Shown here: positions 53,176-64,000 of the stretch, piece by piece
Position numbering within the stretch: position 1 is the first letter of the stretch
Layout: every line of letters starts with the position of its first letter
From: Intoshia linei
Taxonomy: Eukaryota > Animalia > Orthonectida
Length of the DNA stretch: 64,000 nt
Reading direction: 5' to 3'
Assembly (NCBI GenBank): GCA_001642005.1
Contig: LWCA01000060.1
Location: 1,142 to 65,141, forward strand
Notes under the pieces: generated by a model
Seen by the model: the letters and a program-made list of their open reading frames with translations, nothing else
The model's database searches: none
Told to the model about the DNA's origin: nothing
Translations under genes and position numbers: made by a program

Positions 53176-56100
53176 CTAATTTTTATTTTTAGTATCTGGT
53201 TGGGCTATTTCATCGTTGAACGATAGGTTTAAATGGAATTCATTTGGATATTTTTGTTTTGGGTCTATACCCATGCTGAGAGTGCTGTCGGATTTTATCG
53301 TTCTATTTGGTTTTATTGGACAGTTGTAGTCGGCACTGTTTAAGCTGATAATGTTGGTAGAAGAAGAATAGGAATTGGTGGAAAATAGTATATTTTCAAT
53401 ATTTCCGGATTCGCTACTCTTTTTTTCCGAACTACCCAATAAGTCAAAAGTCAAACTTGTTTTGGAATATTCAGCGTTGCTATCTGTTGAAGAATTTTTA
53501 ATGCTATTATCTGCAAGTAGGTCTAAAAATTAATCAATTTAGTATTTCAAAAATTTTACCAATTATTGGAGGTGGAGGTCGCACCTAAATAATTTTGTAT
53601 ACGTTGATTTTTTTAATTACCCCTCGACCTTTTTCTTCACTCGTATACAGTAAATCTAATATAAAGTAAATTAAAGGCGAACATTCAGTTGAGCTATACA
53701 TCTTAGAGCAGGGTCGGCAACATTTTGCAACTCGTGGGCCACTTTTTTATATCAAAAAATTCCACGGTTTTGAAAATTTACACATGATACATTTTAATTA
53801 AAGATTAACGGTTCTAGTATATTCAACAAAATAAAACCCAGGGTGATTTGAAAATTCAGTATTAAAATGATTATAATGAACCAAGTATAGTATAAAATGT
53901 TTAAAATTTGAAAAATAAATAATTACATATTTACTCAAAGGGCCACCAAAAGTATTCTGTGGACCACTGGTTGCCGACCCCTGTCTTAGAGCGATATAAT
54001 CATCGCCTTTGTTAATTAATCATAATATTTATTTTTTGACAATATTTTTAGAGTTTCTTTAATGACAATGACAAAAATTTTGTACGTTTATTAAGAGAAA
54101 TTTTTTTTCACCCAATTTTTAAAGATAATTTTGTAAAGTTTTTAAAAAAGTTTTTATCTACTATTTTTTAAAGATTTTGGAGATAATTTTGGGACCAAAA
54201 TTTTGTAGATTTTTTAAGTGAATAATATTTTTTTACCCAAAATTTTTAAAGATCATTTTGTAGAGTTTTTAAAGGAAGTTTTTATCTACTACAGTCCGCG
54301 AAATAAAGATAAGCCCAACAGTTTTTTGTTAATAGTTTATTAAATATGATAGATAAAAATCAAGAATATGAAAATATAACGAGATGAACATACAATAAAA
54401 TTATTATTTAAGTAAAAACCTACAAATACATTTCTAAACAAATTAGCTTGTCAAGAAGTGTGGTATCAACGTTTCTACGTAATCCTGAATCATGTGGAAC
54501 ATTAAAAAGTCCAGGTAGACCCAAAAAAGTAACAAAAAGAATGGAAACACATATTATACGTAAGGCTTCCACGGGAAAATTGACTGCCAGAGACATAATT
54601 CAAGAACTACAGCCACCTGTTCAACTTCGTAGAGTTCAACAGATCATTAGCAAGTGTTCTCATTTGAAATGGAGTAAACGTATGCACGCTCCAGTTCTTA
54701 CAAAAATGTGAAACCAAAATTCTGAAAATTATATTAATACATTATCAGAAAATATAATTCCATTTGCACATTTACATTATGGTACAGATTTCTTTTTCCA
54801 ACAAGACAATGCTTCAATCCATACTTCAAAGTTGGTAAAAACATGGTTTCAAGATAATTCTATTGATGTAATTGATTAGCCATCAAAGTCACCAGACTTA
54901 AATCCAATTGAAAACCTTTGGGGAATTTGGGCGATGTCTGTTTACAAAAATGGGAGGCAGTTTAGCAATACTGAGGAACTAACAAAATTGATTATATTGG
55001 AATGGAATAAAATTAATCAAAATCTTTTACAAAAATTAATAACGTCTATGTAAAATAGATGTCTTGATGTTGTACAAAATAAAGGAGAAAAAACACACTA
55101 TTAAATATGTAAATGGATATACTAAATTATTTTTATTCATTGGACTTATGTTCATTTCGCTTATTATAATAGATATATCATCAAGTGTCAATTCTTTTGT
55201 ATATCTTAGTGTGAAAATTTCACCTTTCAATCACAATTATTAACAAAATCTTAACGAAAAAAATGTTGGGTTATCTTTATTTCGTGCACTGTATTTTTCA
55301 AAGATTTTGGGACCAAAATTTTGTAGGTTTTTTAAGGGAATAATATTTTTTTACTCAATTTTTAAAGATAATTTTGTAGTGCTTTTAAGGGAAGTTTTTA
55401 TCTATTATTTTTTAAACATTTTGGAGATAATTTTGGTCCCAACATTTTTTTAGAACCAAAATATTGTGGGGTTTTTAAGGGAAATTTTTTCTACCATTTT
55501 TTAAAGATTTTGGATATAATTTTGGTCCCAACATGTTGTAGTGTTTTTAATGAAATATTTTTAACATTTTATGGGACCTTTAAAAATTGTGTAAAAAAAC
55601 TTCCTTTAACCCTACAAAATTTTGGTCCAAAAGTTATGAATGTTAATATAAGATAATAAAAATATGAATAAATGAACTCACTAAAATTTCGTGAAAAAAT
55701 CAATGATATGATAAGTTAGTAAAATCGATGATTTATGTCGCTCCAAAGAATGGACGTCAAATTAACTTGTGCAAATTTATTGTATGACTAATTTAATGAT
55801 TATAATTTTACCAGGCTCACTAGACGAATCACTATCATTGTATGAATCTTGATTATAGTCTATATCTTCATTCATTTCATCTAAAAGTAAAAATTTATGA
55901 ATACACCTGAAAAAAATCAAACCTGACGAAGTTCTATCTTTTGAGTCCTTAATCGTGTTATATACTTCCTCGTCTACCCATTCCTCATTGTAAATATCAT
56001 GATAGCTGTGACAAAAGAGTTCAACTTTTAGTATAATGTTGTTAAACTAAATGTTTAGTAGTTTTTGTTACATGTTGAGTGAAACCTTTATATTGTTGAA

Positions 56101-59100
56101 TGATAATGCATTCAAAGCAGAAATTGAATTATCAAAAGTAATAATAACATTTTCTCGGGTTCCTCTAAATTTGTAACTTTAAGATAACAAGAAATATATT
56201 TAAACCTCATGTAAGTAATTCCACCCCAATGTTTGAAAAATAGCAACAAATTTTGTTGATTCATTGATTCTTTTGTTTCATTATATACAATAATACTACA
56301 ATCATAAGGTCCACTGTCGATTATTGTATTTTTATAGATTTCTTTCAATTTATTATTATCTGGAATATCAACTAGAACTTCAAATGCAGCAGTGACAGGT
56401 CTAAACAAAATATTAACACATACCGTAATGCTAAATGGTTACTTGTGGTCCGAACAGACAATGTCAGGTGACGAAGAATAATATAAGAGCTTAATGGCAT
56501 TTTCTTTATTATGTTTATCTATATTTCAGAAATTGAAATGTATACATTTAAAATTAAATTACCGGGATAATTTCGATATTTATACAAAATTCTATCGCAC
56601 CATGAAGGTATTCTATTTTTGTCACTGGTGTCGTAAACATTTGTATTTACATCAAATTTATATGTAGGATTAAAAGTGATGCCACCTTCTTTAAATCCAC
56701 CAAAAACCTAAAATTGACGCATATATTAATTTTTCAAATGCTAAATTTTAAATATTTACACTTCCGTTCAGTTTATTAACATTGAGTTGGTCGAGTCTTA
56801 ACAAAGTATTCAATTTGTTACTTTTAATACAGGATTTGACAATTTTGTTATTCGAATTTATTCTATAATTCATATCCCCACACCAAAACAAAAAATCACT
56901 ACATAATATTGACCTAGACTAGAGGAGTTTAGCTTAATATTGATAAAACTACTTACACAAGGAAATGTTAATTTAGTTAATGCCGTGTAAAAGTCAGCGT
57001 TTCTTTCTTTGAATTCACTTTGACCAGCAGTAAAATGACTATTTATAAAACAAAAAGAATTTCCGAAAAGGTTAAATCGAATGGCTACACTACCTTTATT
57101 TCCTACTGTTCCACGAAATCCTGTTTTAGTTGAATCACTTGATACGTATCTAATTTATATCTAAATTTTTGAATTTTGGCAATTATACCTCACGTACGGA
57201 ACCAAATCTGCTTTTACAAATATATAAAGAACAACTCCAACTAATTGTAACGAATGTAAGAGTCTAAATTTTCGTTGTCCATTCGCATTTAAAACTCGTA
57301 GTAATACATCTTTCCATTTGTTGGCTTGAACAGATCTAGATAATATTATTTATATATTAAAACGATTATACCCAGAATATACAATGTTTGATGCGTTCAA
57401 ATCAACTACTTCCTAAAAAATTAAATTAACATACTATAATTATAATGCAGGGGTTCCCGCACTTTTTTCACGACCGACCGGTAATTTAAAATATTATTTA
57501 TTTTTAAATTTTCAACTTTTAAACAGCGTTTCAAACAGTTTCTACTATAATTGGCTCATTATAATCATTTTAATACTGAATTTACAGATCGCATTAGATT
57601 TTATTTTGTTGAATATACTAGAACCGCTTCTCTTCAGTTAAAATTAAAATGTATAATTTTCAAAAACGGGCCCGTAGAACCCTTCGATAAATCCATTTTT
57701 GCCATCGAGGTTTTCCACAAGTTTGGACATGGTTATTAATTATTGGACAATTAGTTTCAACTTGCAACTAATTACGCATCGAAAATAATTAAATTAGATT
57801 TTCAACTTGAATATATTTTTTTGGTAGAACTAGATGTTGTTTGTACGTAGTACACAACAGTCAACGAGTATACAGTAAAGTTAATTGGTAAAAAATGTAT
57901 ATCTGTTTATTTAAGAAAGTAAGGAAAGTCGAGTTTTACAAATTCCATATTCTTATAACAATTTTTCCAGATTGATGTTTTATCGAAAATTTTAATTTCA
58001 GAAATTGAGTCCTTCAAGGTTAAAAACCTCAATTCTCCTTTGTTTTTAAATTCATCAATATTATGATAATTTTCAATTTCAAAATCTATAATCGCCAAAA
58101 CCTCAAATTACCCTTTTTTGTAAAAATTAAAGTCTTATAATTGTATACAACATTAATTCTGGAATGGTTTTTAAATTGATAATCATTATCATTATAAAAA
58201 GTATAATTTTAGCAATTTAATTACTCACAAAATCACGCAATTAACACAGAAAATGGTATTCAGCAGGGATGCCCAACCTGTCGATCGCAGATGATTTTCT
58301 AGTAGGTCGCCAAATTTAAAAAATTAAAATTAATTTTTTATTGTAATAATATTAGTTATTAACTATTAATGTAGTAAATTAATCTCTATTTTAATATTGT
58401 TAAAATTTTTACACATCTAAATAAATATAATCCCTCGCAGCAATTTTGCAATTATTAGAAACTAGTCTCAGTGATACTCTAAGTGTCTGAATTTTTTATG
58501 TATTAATCAGCGAATCAATATATATCGTATGCTAAAAAAAATAAAAAAATGGGCCGAATTAATTAGTAGAAATTTACCTTTTTCATTTATATGTAGATAT
58601 GAAAGTCTCAACAATTTTGGAAAACAATAAATATAATTATGTATTGATATATTCAATATATATTATATTCTATACATCTATCTAATTTCCATTATTCATC
58701 ACAACCTCGTACATTTTTGAATTAAATGATTTATGTGGCCTTATAATCATGTCTTTTTCCTTTAAAATTACTTCCTGGACAATAATTTTCTGCCATATAT
58801 GCATTTTCAAATTAAATTGTGAACCATCATGTAGCTGATTCTTCATAATTGACAATAGATTTTCTATTGGGAATATATCAGGAGAATCAGGAGACCAACC
58901 TAATAATTTTATTGATTCAGCAGCAAACCTTTCCCTTGTTTTTTGATCACATGAGGTTTAGTATTATCTTGTTGAAAGACAAAGCCAGGAACTATGTTAC
59001 TTAGTTGAGTAAATACATCTTCAAATAAAATTTTTTATAAGAATCGCTATTAACAGTATGCTCAAATTTCCTAATCATAACTTTACCGCAAGATGTTAAA

Positions 59101-62100
59101 CAACTCCCAATCATTATGGATCCACCTTAAAATGGTCTTTTTCGGAGTTTTAATGGTTTCACGACATGAGATTATCACTTTCATCTAAAGAAAATCAACA
59201 TTCATCCGAAAATATGATTTTATCGACATGAACCCTATAAAAAAAGGTTGTGTACAAAATTTAGGCGGCCATTCTTTTGTGCATCAGTCAATGTTAGTTT
59301 TTGCAATGAACGTCAATACTTCAAACCGCTATCATTAAAGGCCAGTCAAATAGTTGCTTTTCAAGAAGTACATCGCATACTTGCAGCAACGGATGTGGAT
59401 ATAACAACCTTCAAGATTTTTGCACCCATCAGCAGATTTTTTAATTACTTTTTAACTCTTTCTTTTTTTAAATTTGTAATTCGCTTCAATTTGATTGGTC
59501 TTTATTCATTTCCAATGTTCTAAATTGTTCTAAGGGAAACATTGCGACTTTTTGCTATATTTACCTTTTCGATACCATCCTTCAAATCTTTTTCTATTAA
59601 TTTTGTAATATTATTTGACAGTGTCATTTGTGATAAAGAAAACAGTTTAAAAACAATTATTTGTCAAAAAATCTGAATTTATTATGTTTTCGATAGTTTT
59701 GCAAAATTGGTAAGACGTTTAAAGTAACAAAATAATTAAAAACTTTAATTTCTACGACTTTTTTCAGATTTTTTTTTATTTTATTTCCAATGAAAGATCT
59801 TGCTAAATCGTTTAATACATAACAAATAGAAAAACATAGCATGTAGTTTAGATTAGTTTATACCAATTGCACTTGGAATTATTCCAAATTTTAATTTTTA
59901 TATTTTCTACCATCACACTGAAAATATTTAGTTATACATTTTTTATAGGATTCCGTAAGGCGATTTATTTGAAATAGGTTCCGATCAGAAACATTTTTCT
60001 AGTCAATGTATTAGTTGATCGCCACTCATTGAAAATTTATAAAGTCGATGCATAAAAAAAAAGTTGGGCACCGCTAGTATACAGTGGCTTAATTAATCAC
60101 GATTTAAATGCAATGTCAAGATTACCACCTAAAGAGGAACTAGTAAGGATCATTACGGTGAATTCGGAAGATTCTAAGACTATTATTTTTGGTTTATTAG
60201 CGAAATAAATTTATAATTTATGAAATGGTTTTTCATTGGAACATGTCAATTTATCATTGATAAAAAAAAAAATTTTTTTATTTACATTAACTCAAAAAAT
60301 TGATTATTAGTTATTAAAAGTTAATAAACAATATAAATACAAATACTGTACAACATAACCTAATTGGGATCAAGTTTTCAACGTCAGATTCTAAAAAAAT
60401 TGAAAACTGAAGATAAAGCATTCTTTTACCTTGAAATGTCTTATTTTGTAAAGATAGTACAATGTTTCAATACATTTTCAGTTATACAAGAAAAAAACTG
60501 AGAAAGAGCCTACAAACGGTCAATTTTCAATATGAAAGGATATAAAGATTTCAAAAGCATAAAATATAAAATGAAATATTCTAATTTGTTATTATTTCAT
60601 CGTTATCTAGGAATTTAACTGTAATTTTCAAAAATTAAGAAATGTTTGACGTCAACCATTTTGATACTTTATGCAAACTGCAATAATTTTTAATTAAAAT
60701 GTACGTTTTTGTAAATATAAAAAATTGATCAGATTCTATAATAAATAAAATACGCAATAAAATTAAATGTAAATATTGCAATCATAATGAATATTTGATT
60801 CATAGTTTTTCAGTTAATGTTAAAAAAATTAATTTCACAAATTCACGCTTTCACGAAAAAATGTTAGGAAAACAGAATAAATTAAAAACAAGGGGATTTT
60901 TTGTGACGAAAATAAAAAAAATTATATTATTCTACACCAAATTAAATGGAGATTATTATCTATATATATGTCTTTTTTAAATTTCAAAAGTCCAAATTGT
61001 AATAACCCTATTGTACATAATATAACTAGGAATATACAAAAGTATTTAGAGGCATAATTCATAGTTAAAAACAAAATACCTGAACCCCGATAGCACAAAT
61101 GTCAATTTCTTTAGATAAATCCATTGCCGGTGAAATTTTATCTACTTAAATATATAAAAATTAAAAAAAAATATACCAGGATGTTTAATAGATAAATACA
61201 ATGCCATATCATTTAAAAGAGAATTCAAACAATCTGAATCGATTCGTGATTCTTTAATAGAATTTACATTCCAAGTAGTAAATGACACGCGTATTGCTTT
61301 ATTTACAATGTATTCCTATAAAAAATTATATAAATACAAAAAAGTAAAACTTTTCTTCGGCTAATCAAAGTTTGCGCGACATTCAAGGGTACTATATTTT
61401 ATTAATTAATATTTTTCCATAATTACAATTTCGAAGAGATCTGGGTAATAAAGATGACATTTTTTCCCCGATATCAGTTTTAGGGGAAAACCCATTAACC
61501 ATAAGATCAAAAGATTCATTTTTGCCTTCATCCATTCCGAAATTATTGTTTATTGCTCTAGTGGTCGATCTCATTGCATCAATAGCCTAAACTCAGTTTA
61601 AGTTGATTTAAATTTAAATCATATATTAAAAGTTTTACCAATTTACTAATTGTCTATTATAAATAAATTATCAAAATATATTATTAATATATCAATTATT
61701 TAAGTTAAATACAATACCTTGTGGTTACTATTTAAGGCTCCAGTTCCAGTGTATATAGTTGATATTGCATTGCCATTTAATGTCCAACAGTCATTTAATG
61801 CCAATTGAAATTCACGTAAATCTTTCACTCGGTTAATCATGTTTAACATTTTAATCAAATACTAAATACATAACACACAAATGACAATCATTTTTAAATT
61901 TAAACGTACCTGAGTACAAATATAAGCCTGTAAAGCATTGGTACGATCAAGGCAATCAATACAATTGACTCTGAAAGTGGATCTCTGCTTATTCAGACAG
62001 AAGGTTCCTTTCATTAATACAATATGATTGTCTGTAAAACTACGTAGGTGGTCCATGTAAAGTTGACGCATTGCATTTTCAAAATTAAATTTTTTCACTT

Positions 62101-62998
62101 GTGCGTGAAAGTCAATATGCTTGAATTTTATTTTTTGTGTATTATTGAAAGAGTTCCAGAGGTTGATGCAAGACTAATAAAAATAACAATTAAATAACAT
62201 CCATAGTCAAAAAGCGGTTATTAGATAAAAATTTACTTGATATTTGCGACTAATGATTAGTTCATCTTGCTTTTCTGAGACAAGGTTTATAATATAAATA
62301 TTCCCATAAGTTTTAAATAATTGACTAAAATGACGTTGAAATGACGGCATTGTTGATTGTATGGAACGGGGATATTGTATACGATGAGATCCAACCTGAA
62401 TGCCTCGTTGGTTCCTAAAATAACATTAAATCCAAATATGTAACTATATTTTGAAAAAACAATGCAAAGGACAGAAATACACCATTACAGATTGAGTTTC
62501 ATATTTTTTGACACCCTATAATAAATAATTATCATTTTTGGATATAATTCTAAGATTTTGAAATAATAAAGACAATAAATGGAATTAAAATGATTTATTA
62601 ACAAAATTAAAGTGAGTAATGTACTGTAAGAATCGCAGGTCAGATTCGGCCCAAGTGTCGTAGTTTGATAACAATGGCACAAATTATTACAATTAATTTA
62701 AAAAAATCCAGCACCAAGAGAAAATATACATTTTTCAATTGAATACAGACTCCCTTGATTTACGCAAAATTCGGTTAATGAGGTATTTTTTTTGTGTGCT
62801 AATTCCTCAAATAACGTAGCGAAAAATAAATTTAAAGCGAATTTTAAAATTTTAAAAAATTAAACTTTCCTTGATTAACGTGATTGATATTCTGGCATTA
62901 TCAATGTATTTTGTAAAAAAATAAAAAAATACCAAAATAGAGGTATCGTACCTCGGAGAATAACGACTGACAATGTTGTATCTTCATCTATTACAATC
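53176..62998 (-). CDS. SYNJ: Synaptojanin (SAC1 + 5-phosphatase + RRM-like); 5' part lies beyond the window
   Basis: [76 protein letters not shown]. Confidence 0.93.
53709..53983. mobile_element. hAT MITE, same family as 5709-6046, opposite orientation
   Basis: CAGGGTCGGCAAC / GTTGCCGACCCCTG, exact TSD TCTTAGAG. Confidence 0.9.
54040..55620. repeat. Degenerate satellite array (AAAGATTTTGG..GGACCAAAATTTTGTAG..TTTTAAGGGAA) interrupted by a Tc1 element; related units at ~49040-49200
   Basis: Repeated units on both sides of 54292-55291. Confidence 0.8.
54292..55291 (+). mobile_element. Internally deleted Tc1/Tc3-like transposon
   Basis: TIRs CAGTCCGCGAAATAAAGATAAGCCCAACA / TGTTGGGTTATCTTTATTTCGTGCACTG, TA TSD; [28 protein letters not shown]. 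Confidence 0.92.
58264..60076. mobile_element. hAT MITE enclosing a Tc1 copy
   Basis: CAGGGATGCCCAAC..GTTGGGCACCGCTA, TSD GTATTCAG/GTATACAG (7 of 8 match). Confidence 0.75.
58432..59880 (-). mobile_element. Second decayed Tc1-like copy, family of 43633-45787
   Basis: ATG 59627 [21 protein letters not shown].., [25 protein letters not shown]; TIR similar to 43633-43800. Confidence 0.85.
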
Positions 62999-63242
62999 TA
63001 AACATAATAAATTACTAAAATACCAAATAACACCAACATGTGATTCAAAATATAGTATGAGTAGGACATTGGAGAGCTAAGAGTGGATCGGATCAAAAAA
63101 AATTGTTATATATCCACTCTTTATCTAGCGATACCACTTTATTTGTGTTACCCGTGTCTTCTAATGCATGAATCCGAGAGGTGAGTAATATTTAAATATA
63201 AACAATAATCCTTAGTAAGGATTCCTTACTTATATGAAGTAA

Positions 63243-64000
63243 CTAGGTTTATTGTTATGTAATACGTACAAACAAGACAAATTAGCTCTGCCAAATGATC
63301 ATTTTTATAAAAACATAATAAAAAATAAAACTCATGTTGAAAATCTAACTTAAAAATTTTACTATTCACTATTATCAATCCTTTAAAGGAGTGGTTCCCA
63401 AATTTGTTTCAAGTGGAACCATCATATCACCTTACTTTTTACTTTAAAGTGAAGTATTCCATTTTAATTTTTTGTTTGTTAACATTTGCGTAAAGAATTT
63501 TTAAAACAATTTTTATCATATTTTTTTAATTTATTAGACAGAATGTGTATATAATATTAAAAATAAAGTAAAAACGGTCCAATTCTAAAAATTGTCATAA
63601 ATATCATCAATTCCAGAAAAAATAAAATTATAAAAACCTATTTTGTAATTTTCAATGTAATGATATATATTCAGTACCAATTTAATAAATACTTAAAAAT
63701 ACCAATTATGTATAAATAATTAACCGAATCTTCACTTTATAAACATATTTCAGTCAAATTTTACCTTATTATTATTATTGCCAAGGATTGTAATAAATAC
63801 AAAAATGATATTAACAAAGTTGTATGACTTTTAATTTTGTTGTTGTAGTTTCTATTTAAATTTTATTCAAAATGTTTTGAAAATGAGAATTTAAAATTTA
63901 AAAATTGTGAAGGAATGAATTATATAGATTTTCACCCATATTTCTATATTGAAAATGTGTAGACGTTCAATGCACATTTTTTTTGAAATTGTAGGATCAA
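63243..64000 (-). mobile_element. Non-autonomous Helitron-like copy in a synaptojanin intron
   Basis: CTAG at 63243-63246 plus hairpin; long similarity to the reverse complement of 44960-45632. Confidence 0.8.

Overview
Very AT-rich, gene-dense animal genomic DNA. Most introns are ~30-45 nt; a minority are 0.3-6.7 kb and filled with transposon debris. This style resembles a reduced parasite genome such as the orthonectid Intoshia (inference only). Eleven intron-containing host genes were reconstructed by hand: Rubicon-like (+), DDX41/abstrakt (+), hnRNP R/Q (+), UBXN7-like (-), JADE/rhinoceros (-, split by a 6.7-kb intron), ANKRD11/12-like (+), a USP deubiquitinase with an internal RING-like finger (-), Rab2 (-), a WWP/ITCH-type HECT ligase (-), PSMD9 (+) and STK24/25/26 (-). 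A 5'-truncated synaptojanin (-) ends the window. Mobile DNA includes Tigger/pogo, Tc1/mariner, piggyBac, hAT (Buster/Charlie type), Gypsy, a probable Crypton remnant, a multi-copy non-autonomous Helitron family and foldback-like elements, often nested. No rRNA, tRNA or CRISPR was recognised. Best leads: the RING-inside-USP architecture, the intron-containing Crypton relic, operon-like gene spacing (80 nt), an intron-split start codon and an 18-bp motif shared by two promoters. Exon boundaries are manual and approximate.
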